DNA of 64,000 bases. Source: Felis catus (Eukaryota). The position numbers and the translations under genes are program-made. Location of the stretch: the NCBI RefSeq assembly GCF_018350175.1, contig NC_058368.1:201564001-201628000 (forward strand). The letters run 5' to 3'. The notes beneath the pieces were generated by a model, which was given only the letters and a program-made list of their open reading frames with translations, searched no databases and was not told the DNA's origin. Shown here one piece after another: positions 26,148 through 38,272 of the stretch; position 1 is the first letter of the stretch, and every line of letters begins with the position of its first letter.

Positions 26148-26330
26148 TTGGTCGGTTTAGCGTCCAACTTTGCTCATGGTTCACGAGTTTGAGCCCCGCA
26201 TGGGGCTCGCTGCTGTCAGCAAGGAGCCCTCTTGGGATCCTCTGTCCCCTCCCCTCTCTCTGCCCCTCCCCCGGTCGCATTCTCTCTCTCTCTCTCTCTC
26301 TCAAAAATAAATAAAACATTTTAAAAATAG
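26148..26330 (+). mobile_element. 5'-truncated Can-SINE
   Basis: 'gtcggtttagcgtccaactttgctcatggttcacgagtttgagccccgc', (CT)n, A tail. Confidence 0.9.
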
Positions 26331-26939
26331 ATGCTGAGACATTGCTAAGAAAGAGTGATGGTGGAGGGAAGGGACTGGGACTGAAGGGACAAGGAAGTGA
26401 TTAATGGCAAGACACTGATCACAGCAGCAGGTGGTGCATTTGCAGTCCAATTCAGTAGTGTGGGGCCAACATCGCAAAACAAATGGAAGACCACTGGCAC
26501 CATGAAACCACCCAAGATAAATTCCACTCCATGTCTCAGTAATTTAGAAACCAGGTGTAAGTGTTTTTTAAAAACCTTGCAGATGCCATCATTGATTAAG
26601 ACAATGGTTACATGACTTACAGAGTTATTTTTACATTGTCCAGGCTCTCAATTTACAATGAAAGGGGATTTTTGTTTTCCTTTGGAACTATACTCAGTAA
26701 TATTCTTGGATACATGAGTGATAGAAAAAAATTTTAAAGCTTATTTTTTTCCCTTATACATTCAGTGGAACCGCAAGATTAGATGATTTATTTTTACCCA
26801 ACAGAACCCCTAAAGCAGAAATCAGACTTTTGTTTTCTCAAAACGTTGGGACTGTCTGGGAGAATGGTGAATCCAGAAGTTTAAACGACACCTCTAAACC
26901 TCATCACCATTTCTCTTGGCTCCTAGGCAGCCATTTGTT

Positions 26940-26973
<34 letters not shown>

Positions 26974-28142
26974 GGGGTGGAGATTGCAACTTCTCTGGCC
27001 AGGATGTTGAGTAGCAAGTGAGATAAAGTGGTATGTGTGGTATGATGAGACCAGCACAATCTGGCAGGTTGCAGAGTATGTAATCAGTTCAAACTGATAA
27101 CATATATGTATGCGTTTGCATGAATTATGACATCCATTTTGAGGGAGAAAGAAAAACTGAAAGAGAGCCAAGAAAAATTCTTCACAAGATTATTTTCAAT
27201 AATAACAATAAAAAAGTAACAATGGCATGGGGTACTTAATACTAAGTTTTTAAACTTTTTTAATCTCATGAATAATTGAAAATATAGGCAATTATTCTAC
27301 CTCAGCTGTGTCAAGAAATTATTATTTGCTTAAATATTTTCTGCATTTTTATGATGTAGTTGCAAGACACAAAAGCCTGTCCTTACACAAAATCATCTTT
27401 CAGGGAAAAGGTAAACAATTATATAGACAATCTTAAGTCTCTCAGTTGCTTTTAATGGTGCCATGTACAATTATAGGTCTAAATGATCAAAATAATACAT
27501 CAAATGTATCTCAATAACTGTGTTCTTAAAAAAATTTTAAAAAGCTTTCAAGACCATGGACACTGTGCTTCTTAAACCAGAAACATTTTGATAGTTGAAA
27601 GGTCATTTGGTGTATTTATTTTCTACCATAATTCATTTCTACCTCTTTTCTTTGTGATATTTATTTTTCCCACAAAAGCACTCAGGAGTATACCACGGTT
27701 AAACTTCTTTTTTCATTGTTAAGCCTCCTTTTCCCCTTACTTAACAGGCAATCCATCCATAGTAAAAGTTTACTCTGAGATGTAAATCCTTGGAGGTCAC
27801 CTACATTTAGAGAGACAGGAGATGCACAGTAGAGCGACTACACCCACCTCAATATAAATCCTATTTCTAAATGCCCTTTTCTTAGACAACAAAAAAGGTG
27901 GATTTCTGGTTAATTGTCATGACAGAAAGGAACATTTAACAAGATGTTGATCGGTCCTTGACTGATTGTATATAAGTCTAATTTAGAAAGTAAGCCCTGA
28001 AATCTGGTAGCAATCATTAGTAAGTCCGTGTATATTGAAATTCACAAGTGTATTTAAATTTCCACAGTCCTTCACATCTCACGGGGTAATTAGGGTTAGG
28101 CTCTGTTTTTAGGAACTTTTGTACAGATGAAGAGCAGAGATG

Positions 28143-28374
28143 TTTTTTATTTTTATTTATTTTTAATCTTTTTAATGTTTATTTATTTTTGACAGAGAGA
28201 GAGACACAGCATGAGTGGGGCAGGGTCAGAGAGAGGGAGACACAGAATCTGAAGCAGGCTCCAGGCTCCAAGCTGTCAGCACAGAGCCCAACATGGGGCT
28301 TGAACTCACAGACCGCAAGATCATGACCCGAACAGAAGTCAGATGTTCAACTGACTGAGCCACCCAGGCACCCC
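28143..28374 (-). mobile_element. Can-SINE
   Basis: 'gacacagaatctgaagcaggctccaggctc...ctgactgagccacccaggcacccc'. Confidence 0.95.
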
Positions 28375-29562
28375 TAGCAGACAGGCTTTTTAAAGAGTTG
28401 TAAATGTTCTAGCTGACTGTCCCTGATCCAACAGTTAGTTAAGTAACTTAGGATAGTTAAGTAATCCCAACCCTCACACTGTTTTCTCTACCTCCCTTCT
28501 TGTTTTTAGTGAACACAGTCCTATCAGAAACTATTTGGGAACGCTTAAATAAATGCCCAATTACCTCCTTGGTTTGTCTGGAACCAGAAGCTCATGGGCA
28601 AGGTCTAACATGTGCCCACAATTTAAATCTAGACCCACACATGTCTGAATGTATTTCAGAAAGAAACACAAAGCTTGTGAGACAAATCCCCATGAGTAAG
28701 AGTAAATAAGAGCTAGACTCAGCAGCTGAAACTGGTTGGTTGTAGGAATGCTTTATGATTATCTTTGACCACCACACTCCCACCCTCTCCACCATCTTGG
28801 AGAGTCTGTCACTCTGAGAATGTTACACTGTGTTAGAAATGACCAGAATTCATCCCTACTGGTCCACAAGGGTTTGCTTTTCACTCCCTCCTTTCTCCTC
28901 TCCTTCTCTTCATAAACAAAACCAAAAATATTTGTGCATAAAAGGGAGAGACAGTTTCTTAGAGTTCCGAGAAAGAAAGACAAGCTGCAGAGATCTGGTG
29001 GCACGTCATAAGAGCTCTAAGAAGAGAAAATGCATAGATGCCCCTGACCAGAGGCCACTACTATGTGGTTTGAGCATAGTACTAAATCAACAACGGACTA
29101 CACAGTCCCCTAGGCAACACGACAGTCAGATGCCCAAAAGAAATTAACAATTAGTGTCCATGATCCAAGATCAGCAATGCTGATGGGATGGAAGAATGTG
29201 GATTTCAGAAAGATTCTCTGAGACTCTGAGTGGGGAAGCCACCACACCAATCACCCAACAACAGGGTTACACATACAGAATGCTGTGGCATCTCAGAAAT
29301 ATTGGCAGAGAAGACCGCTTAGACGGTGTTGGATTTCCTTCCAATAGTCAGGTGGTATTCAGAGCAGAGAGATTAGTGGACCACTCAAAATATCATATAC
29401 ATTGTTCTTAGTGGCTAATGAAGTGTGGAGCATGACTGACACATATCTAAACAAAAATAATTGTGTCCTAGTGTATCAAAAGCCTTAAGAATTCGCTCAT
29501 TTTTCTTTCTTGCTGTGGCCATTAACTAAAACCAAATATAAATATGACACTAATTTTTATCA

Positions 29563-30157
29563 TGCATTCATTTTCTATTGCTATATAAGAAGTTACCACA
29601 AACATAGCAGCTTAAGAAAACACCCCTTTGTAGTTCAGCTCTGTGGATCAGATGTTCAACACCATGAGACTACATCTCTGCTCAGGATATTACAGGACTG
29701 AGAGCAAGGTATCAGCCAGGCTGTTCTCATCTGGAGTATCTGGGGGAAAATCTACTTACTCATTTTTTGTTGCTAGCAGAATTGAGTTCTTTGCAGTTGT
29801 AGGTCTTAAGTCTCTGTTTCCTTAATGGTTGAAACCAGGAGCTGGTCTTAGCTCCTATAGACTATCCACATTCCTTTTCATGTGACCTCCCCCATCTCCA
29901 AGCCAGCAGTGCTTTGGTCTCAGGCTTCAAATCTCTAACTTCTGGCTTTGAACCATAAATGCAGACTTAAAGAGCTCATATGATTAGGTCAGGCCACCTT
30001 GGCTATCTTCTTAAAGTCAACCGATATGGGACCTCAGTTACACCTGCAAAATGCCCTCAGAGCAGTACATACATTAGTGTTTGAATAACTGAGAGAAAAT
30101 GCATGTACAACAGAGACCAGGAATCTTGGGAACCATCTTAGAGTTCTGTCTATCACA
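29563..30157 (-). mobile_element. MLT1D/E-type MaLR LTR
   Basis: 'ttttctattgcta...ttaccacaaacatagcagcttaa' to 'ccatcttagagttctgtctatcaca'. Confidence 0.85.
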
Positions 30158-30427
30158 CACTGGTTCCTCTTTCACCTCTTTTCGCTACAAAATATACCCT
30201 GTTTTATAGAAAATCACATATACTTGAGTTTATAATGAATTCATACCGAGGACAAAAACAGTGATCTTGAAAACTAACATTAGACCAAAACCAATTTTTC
30301 TGCTGTCTTATTTATACATTTATCCAGTTATATTTATTGACCATCTGTTCTAATCACATCCAATTAGAAAAGAATACTGGTCATATTTGTTTCAAAATAT
30401 CTATTCTACATTTTTCTTTTCCTACAG

Positions 30428-30955
30428 TGCTACGTTACTCCACTTTGTTTGGCCAAGGGGCCTGAAGGGACCTTAAACTGACATCAGCCCCCTGCACATG
30501 GCCGGATAGCAGCCTCCAGAATAACAAGCAAATGTAAGTACTGATATGACTTCCCCAACAGCAGCCCCAATCTCTTCTACGGATTGCGACCAACTCCTGT
30601 CCTCTACACGCAGACAGCACTTGTAAGCCTCATGCATCCCTTAGACAAGACCCCCATGGGACTAACCAAAATCCCACTCTTGGTTTGATAGACCTATCCA
30701 ACGTGGCCCAGGGAATCCCAACAAACTCGTCCCAGGTAAAGGCTTGCACCCTCAGGGGTCCTGCCTCTCTCTCCGTCTGAACTCTGCCTTGACCTCCCAT
30801 GTGACCCGTTGAGGCATGCTGTGTACTTCCTCTAGGATCTGTGAGTAACAAATGTCCCTATTTCAGTTTCTCTTGTGGTCTTTTGTTGAACTTCAGTTCA
30901 CCAACCCTCACGCTATCCTTCACTTAACAAATGTCAGTTTAACAAAATCATAACA
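30428..30955 (+). mobile_element. Solo LTR, probably ERVL class (MER74/MER73-like)
   Basis: TG...CA termini (tgctacg / cataaca), near-match 5-bp TSD tacag/tgcag, 'ggatctgtgagtaacaaa' in the poly(A)-signal region. Confidence 0.7.
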
Positions 30956-32798
30956 TGCAGTTAAAAGGAACATCAGCCATTCAGATTCCTTCCAGTGAAC
31001 GTAGTATCAGATATTATTACACTTAGCTGCATGGATTGTTAGGGGAAAACAAAAAATCAGAGCAGGAAGGGCCTGAGAAATCTAGTCTTAAATGACTCAT
31101 CTTATAATAGTTGGCCTTAGAGCTGCCTATTTATTGGAAAGTCTTACAAACCGAGGACTACACCATGACCTTACACATCCTGTTAAGATGACTAGAATTT
31201 AGTGGAGAGCTGGAGACGTGAGTGAAGCTGTCACTCTTCCTCCAAAAACAGCTACCAGCGGATTCGTTACAGGAGTCTTGGTAACACACCCTTTCTCTTT
31301 GAATAGCAATATGATTTCTTCTCATGTGGGCACATAGAGATTTTTGCTGTCCCCAAACTCTACTTTGTCTGCACAAGATACATTTCTTTATATTCCTCAA
31401 AAGTCAAACCGGCCACTGCTGTTCTTTTAACTCATCAAATCTTTCACCAAACTTCCATTTCAGCTGTGGAAGAGAAGGAAAAAGAAAGTACCCAAAATTG
31501 GACACTTCTTCGTGATCAGAATATAAAGAAAGTTAAGCACTACGGGACTCTATTGTTAAGTACAAGCCAAGCTGACACTTAGGTGACATCCCTCTCCTTT
31601 GTAGGACGCCCTGTGGTGTGGCTCAGAGATAACAATCTCTTCAGGGATCATTAAGATATTTTGCATTCATGTGACACTTTTTTATCTTCAGAGGAAGTTA
31701 CTACAAAAATTTATTTATAATACCCCTATAAAACTATGGGCTATTATTTTTTCACTGTGCAGATTAGAAAAAGTATAAAAACTGAAAAATTCACCTCAGG
31801 CCATAAAACAAATAAAACTGATTAAAATAAGACAGACTAAACTGTTCATTTTTTAGCTGTGTTAAACTCTTCCACCAAGTTTTCTCTACCTTATGTTGCC
31901 ATGTGCTCCAGAAATGCCTGACAAAATGTTTTCTCTAACCATCTAAAGAAGAAAAAAGAGGGAAGGAAGGAGGAAGCAAAAGAGAGATGGAGGCAGTGAA
32001 AAGAATGACAGGAAAGAAAGAAAGAAGAAAAATTTCTAAACTTTATTAAAATTTCTGTTTTTTCCCTTCAGCACGTCTCTTACAGTTACTTAGGTAAATC
32101 ATTTAAATAATTACCATTCATAAAATCCTGAGTTTGACTTCCTGAAATGATATTTCTATTGGCAGCTACCAAGAAAAAAGAGTAAATCCCCTCAATTTGT
32201 ATGACAAAAATGTAATTTATTTTCCATTCCAGGGACAGTCACAGATAGAATAAACAATGGCATTTAGGATCTTTGTAGGCCTCAGAAACTCTTACTTTGT
32301 TCTACAGTAAGTATAATTTTTACATAATTGGAAGGGTTTACTTGAGTTGCAATTGACTAATGATGTTCTATAAATATGATATTAACAACTAATTTCTCCT
32401 TTGTAATTTTCTTCTCGTTTCTGTAACTTTGGTATTTTTTTAAATTTTTTAAAGTTTTATTAAAATTAAAATTTTAATTTTAATTTTTTAACTCTATTTC
32501 TTCTGCTTATAATTCTGGAGCCTTTTTTGGCTGCTGTTGTTTGTTTTAAATTTGTTAATAGTTTCATAGGCTCTTAAAAAGTGTACAGGCTCAGTCTGAT
32601 GGTTATCTCATTGCTGGAAGCACTATAAGAAATGCCCAAAGCAGGAAGGCCAGGCCATACACAACTGATTTGGCAACAGGTTTCTGGTTGTAATTTAAAG
32701 ACCATTCTGTCCTTAAAATATGCTTCTTGCTGGTCTCCCACTAGTAATCATTCTAGTATTGATACACATTTCTCCGTCCTACCAGCCTCCCATGCGTA

Positions 32799-32829
<31 letters not shown>

Positions 32830-32830
32830 A
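32799..32830. repeat. (TAAA)8 microsatellite
   Basis: Read directly. Confidence 0.95.
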
Positions 32831-32888
32831 ATCTATTACTGCATTAACAAATTACTCCAAACCTTAGAGATTTAAAACAGCCATAAAC

Positions 32889-32927
<39 letters not shown>

Positions 32928-33401
32928 TTCAGGACTTCAGGACCAGCTTACCCAGCTGGTTCTGGTGTGGGTCTCTCTCTCTCTCTCCCTGAGGTTATGA
33001 TCAACGCATCATCCAAGGACACAGGTCATTTCATGGTTGGCTGGGGCTGAAGAATTCTCCTGCCAGGTGACTACCTCACATGGCTGGCTGAGAAGTCATA
33101 CTAATTGTGGAGGAAACCTGTGTTCCTTGCCACAGGGGCCTCTTCACAGGTTGCTTCAGAGTCCTCACAAGAGGACACCTAGCTTCCCCAGAGAGGAGGA
33201 TCCAAGAAAGAGCAAAGCAGAAGTGGCAACCTATATCAGGATTAGTCCTGGAAGTCATACACAGTCAATTCTACCATATTCTGTGTGTCAAAACTGAGTC
33301 ACTGAATGTAATAAATGACTCACATTTAAGGGGAGTGAAATTAGTCTCTGCATTTTGAAGACAGGGGTAACAAATGACTTGTGGACACATTTTAATACTA
33401 C
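32831..33401 (-). mobile_element. MLT1F-type MaLR LTR containing (TG)18 at 32891-32926
   Basis: 'atctattactgcattaacaaattactccaaaccttag...tttaaaacag', 'ctcacatggctggc', end 'gtggacacattttaatactaca'. Confidence 0.82.
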
Positions 33402-34567
33402 AGATAATGTAAGAATTCCAGAAGAGTTGCCCCCAGTGAAGACAATGCTGAAACTCAGATAAAAGAGTCTAAGAATTATCATTTATTTCTCTGAGTAAAC
33501 ACAAATCTGCCTTCGAGGGCCAGAAATTCCATTTAGAATACAACCATTCATTCTTAAATATGCACATATATTTTTAAGAATGGAAAGTCTTCCTTTTAAA
33601 ATTATACTAAGCTCAATTCCTTCGTGACCTTGGAATTACATTATTTTTCAATAACTTATATTCATTGATCAGCCAAACAGTTTGACACCTTATTTATGGG
33701 CTACTGTGATGGATCACATCTGTTCCCAAAGTAAAGTAAACAAACTCTCATTTTAGATAATTAGAGTAAGAGCTCAGATTTGATTATATTTTCTGGTATA
33801 TTTATCTTTTGTTATTGAAAAGTTAAACACAAACTTGAGTAGATCATAATAAACATCTTAAAAAATCTAAAACATAGTTGATAATACTAGTAGAATCCTA
33901 AATAAGTAAACCTTTAAATATATGTACTATTTTGTGTACGTGTTAAAATGTCTTTCCATTTTTCCAAAAAGCTGCAAAGATTCCTGTGCAACCTGTGATT
34001 GGGATAACGTCAGATATAGAATATCCGTATGAGGGACTGAGTATGTATGTGCTGCATGCATATATGGGGGAAGAGAGAGACATCTCACTATCTGTGCTCT
34101 GAATGTCATGTGAAATTCATCCAATCCAATGCTCCTTTATAGTTGAGTTTCCAACAAAGTGAACATATCAGCAAAGCACTGACGATGCAAGTAAAACACA
34201 GTGTCCAAAATTCTATCCCTGTCACACAGTGTGACACATTGTAACCATATTATTGCCTCTGATCTGATTTCTGTAAGAATCACAACTTATTAGCCTCTCA
34301 GTTATAAAAGAATGAATTCACCTTCATACGCTCTTGGGTTAGTAAACGTCGCCACATGTTCATGGTAGCCATACAGTTCACCATCAGCCTCTTCTACCTG
34401 TAAAAAGCCTCCAGCCCCTTGGCAGTTGATTAAGTATGCATAAACTAAGGCCAATTATTTTCCTATCAAACATGCCCTTAAAACATCTCAATGTTTAGGG
34501 TTGAAAATTAGGAATTGGTTTAGAAATGGAAGATTTCTGGGTTTCTTTTTTCCTCCTTTTTCCCCTC

Positions 34568-34787
34568 TTTTTAATTTTTTTTAAGTTTATTTATTTATTT
34601 TGAGAGAGAGAGAGAGAGAGAGAGAGTGGGGTGGGGGAGAGAGAGAGGGAGAGAGAGAATTCCAAGCATGCTCCACACTGTCAGCGCAGAACCCAGTGCA
34701 GGGCTTGAACTCACAAACCTCTAGTTCATGACCTGAGCCAAAACCAAGAGTCAGACACTTAAACCAACTGAGCCACCCAGCTGCCCC
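34568..34787 (-). mobile_element. Can-SINE
   Basis: 'catgacctgagccaaaaccaagagtcagacactta...gagccacccagctgcccc'. Confidence 0.93.
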
Positions 34788-35560
34788 TCTTCTTTTTTTA
34801 ATACATATCCAATAAAGGGAAGGGGGACACTTGATTTAAGGTTTATGTGCCAGAACTGAGCATATTTTTTTGCCTGAAAAATGCTTTGTCAAATCAACTG
34901 TTATCTCTATATACATTCTTGTGCCAGGTGCCTGCAAGGACTTCTTGATATCAAGTGCCAAACAGTCTTTTGAAATATTAATAATTAAGAGATTATATAT
35001 TCATACACATACACATAATTACATATATTATATACAAGGAGATAAGGTAGAAAAGACTTCATAGTCCTTAATATTATTTTTTTACCCAAATCTGTCATTA
35101 TGTGCTTCTTAACGGATGGGACACACTGAACTATTTTATTCTGACTCAAGTACTTTAAACCAATGATCACTACCTCATGCAGTACTAAGAAAGGCAGAGA
35201 TAATAAAATGTGGCTATGAAGCCAGTGGATATTCCCATAACCTTTGACAGCAATAATTAACCCTTATCTTACACGGGTTGGTGCTCATCAGAACTCCACA
35301 CATAGAGCTATGAATAGTACCATTTAATCCATGTGAAACCAAGGCGTAAAGGTCAGTGATGTGTCTAAAGTTGATTACCAAGTTAAAAATAGGCCCTTTT
35401 TTTCTGATGCCTGGTTTTGAATCTAAGCTTCCTAAACAGACCTAGGCCCCCAAATCACATCATGAATAACATCAGATACCAAATGCTAAGTTTCTACCAA
35501 AAACAGACACATAAGGAAGAACTGATTCCAAGAACTAAGCCATACGATTTTGTGTATTTA

Positions 35561-35706
35561 AGGGTGCCTGGCTGTCTCAGTTGGTAGAGCATGTGACTCT
35601 TGACCTTGGGGTAGTGGGTTCAAGACCCATGTTGGGTTTGGAGCCTACTTAAAAAACAAACAAAGAAACAAATACGAAATAAGTAAGAAAACATTAATTT
35701 AAAAAG
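35561..35706 (+). mobile_element. Short tRNA-Lys-like Can-SINE lacking the CT domain
   Basis: 'gcctggctgtctcagttggtagagcatgtgactcttgaccttggggtagtgggttcaagacccatgttggg' followed directly by an A-rich tail. Confidence 0.85.
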
Positions 35707-35718
35707 AAACACAACTGT

Positions 35719-35910
35719 GGGGCACCTGGGTGGCTCAGTCAGTTAAGTGACTGACTCTTGATTTCCACTCAGGTCATGCTCTCATGGTTTGTGGGTTCAA
35801 GTCCTGAGACAGGCTCCTCACTGAGCGTGGAACCTGCTGGGGATTCTCTCTCTCCTTCTCTCTCTGTACCTGCCCCCACCTCAAAACAAATAAGTAAACA
35901 TTAAAAAATA
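35719..35910 (+). mobile_element. Can-SINE inserted at the tail of the previous SINE
   Basis: TSD aaacacaactgtg (35707-35719 / 35911-35923). Confidence 0.93.
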
Positions 35911-36526
35911 AAACACAACTGTGTGTGTTTAACTATGTCCAATGATTTTAAGTGAGAATGTTGATGTCTGTGTAACGGATAGGTGTGAATCCATAATCCA
36001 TATGTGGAGTAACAACGAGCAGAGCACTTGCCTTGATATAGACACACACTTTCTCCTCATTCAAGAAAACACTTCTCAGCAAAATGCAGTCATGTCTGCA
36101 GAGGGAGACTAAGGTCATTGGCAACAGTTTGGGCAATCTGTCACCAATAAAAAATATTGCCCTCTTGAGAGGTTTAAGAGTAATAAACAGGGTTAAAGTT
36201 AAAGTCTCAAAGGAAAGTAATTAAATGCTTTCGAGCATTTAATTGGGGGGGGGTCTCTTTTTTTGCAGCTGCAAAGGTACAAATGTCTACACACTGGACT
36301 AAGTCCATTACTTGGTTTAAATTCTTATGGAGGTTGGAGAAGTATCTCAGGCCAAGTGCTTTCTTAATTTAAATAGACAAATCAAGCAGAATGCTTCCCT
36401 TTTCAGCCATTGTTGAAGTTATGGTAGCATAACCTTAAAATAGCTAGAGGAGGACATTGAACTTTTCTCTCCCATTGGTTGGTATGTTCCCAAAGACATG
36501 CTGGATCTGGCATAGAGTGATGTTTA

Positions 36527-36751
36527 TTTTATTTTTAAATTTTTTTTTCAACGTTTATTTATTTTGGGGACAGAGAGAGACAGAGCATGAACGGGGGAGG
36601 GGCAGAGAGAGAGGGAGACACAGAATCGGAAACAGGCTCCAGGCTCTGAGCCATCAGCCCAGAGCCCGCCGCGGGGCTCGAACTCACGGACCGCGAGATC
36701 GTGACCTGGCTGAAGTCGGACGCTTAACGGACTGCGCCACCCAGGCACCCC
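36527..36751 (-). mobile_element. Young felid Can-SINE (SINEC_Fc type)
   Basis: Nearly the reverse complement of the 2712 copy; perfect 19-bp TSD tggcatagagtgatgttta (36508-36526 / 36752-36770). Confidence 0.97.
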
Positions 36752-37328
36752 TGGCATAGAGTGATGTTTAATGGATATTTCCCAAGGTTTTACAAGAATG
36801 GCTTCTCACCAAATCCATGGAGGAAATAGTGATTTCTAAACTAAGAGATGGCCAAAGTACTGGCCACACAAAAGATGAAATCAGAGCTTACTGATTTCAA
36901 GTTAGTTAGAAATATTAAAAAGTTTCATTTCTCAAAAAACTATATCTCCTATGATCAACTATAAGGACTAAAATTTTATAATTATGGGCTCATACTTATT
37001 AAAATTCTAGTGTATCTGGGAGAAATGAGACAATGTGCCTAAGAACCATGTGTATTTCTTCATAAGGAATCTTTAATATGCTTACCTGTTGTAGTTTAGA
37101 CAGGGAAACAGAGAGGGTTCACCTGTATTTAGAACTCAGCTCCTCCAATAGGGAAGTTGTTCCTATCCTGTGTTCTCTACCCCCATCCAAGCTCTATCTC
37201 ACTGAACTATAATTGCCTATTTTTGTGTCAATCTGCTCTATGAAGTAATAAGGCCTTAAGAACATAGGCCATCTTATTCATTGCTGTATTCCTAAGATTT
37301 AAAGCCACTTTTTGCATATTTTTGATGC

Positions 37329-37740
37329 TATATTAAGATTCTCCAGAGAGATAGAACCAATGGGAGATACTGATACAGAAAAAGAGAGAGAGATTATAGG
37401 AGTTAATTGACTCACTCTATCTGCCATCTGCAAGCTGAATAACCAGCAAACCCAGTGGTGTCATTTAGACTAAATCTAAAGACCTGAGAACAAGGGGACT
37501 TGATGGTGTAAGTTCTGATTCGAGTCCAGAGGCCCAAGAATCAAGAACACTGATGTCCCAGGTCAGGAGAAGGTGAATATCTCAACTCAAGCAGAAAGCA
37601 AAGGTGTCCTTCCTCTGCTTTTCTGTTCTGTTCAGGCTCTTCACAGATTAGATGATGCCTGCCTGCCCTGGGGAGGGCAATCTTCTTTACGCAATCCACT
37701 AATTCAAATGGTAATCTCTTCTGGAAATACAGACACAGAT
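37329..37740 (-). mobile_element. MLT2 (ERVL) LTR
   Basis: 'attctccagagagatagaaccaatgggaga', 'tctgccatctgcaagctg', 'gggagggcaatcttctttac...ccactaattcaaatg'. Confidence 0.85.
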
Positions 37741-37904
37741 AGTTAATAAATAAAATTATCACAATTGCTAATTAATTATTTAATAAATCAATATTGACTA
37801 CTAAGGGTATACTTTTGAACAAAATGCGGTACCAATGGCAAGGGAGAAGGAAAGAAAAAGAGAAAAAACACTGCAGAATTTATAGCGGAGAAGATAAAAC
37901 TAGA

Positions 37905-38272
37905 GTGAAGGCTCCTGGGATTCAGTAGCATCGTAGGGCCATGCTCCCCACAAAGGCTCTAGGAAAGAATTCTTTCTTGCCTCTTCTAGCTTCTAGTAGC
38001 TGCCAGCACTTCTTGGTGCTCCTTATCTAGTAGCTGCATTACTCCAATCTCTGCCTCTGTCTTCAAGTGGCCTTCTCCCCCTGGGTCTGTGTCTCGTGTC
38101 CAAATTTCCCTCTCATTAAAAGTCATATTGGATTTAAGGTCCACCCTAACCCACTATGACTTCATCTTAATTTGAATACAATTGCAAAGACCCTATTTCC
38201 AAATAAAATCACATTTACAGGTTGCACATAGACATAAATTGCGGAGGGGGGGACACTATTCAACCAAGTACA
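37905..38272 (-). mobile_element. MLT1B/C-type MaLR LTR (partial)
   Basis: 'aaggctctaggaaagaattctttcttgcctcttctagcttct', 'gcaaagaccctatttccaaataa', end 'gacactattcaaccaagtaca'. Confidence 0.85.

Noticed and set aside
35565..35637. Possible functional tRNA-Lys gene
   Set aside because: Multiple stem-breaking substitutions, a SINE-type leader and an A-rich tail instead of a T-run terminator indicate a retroposed SINE.
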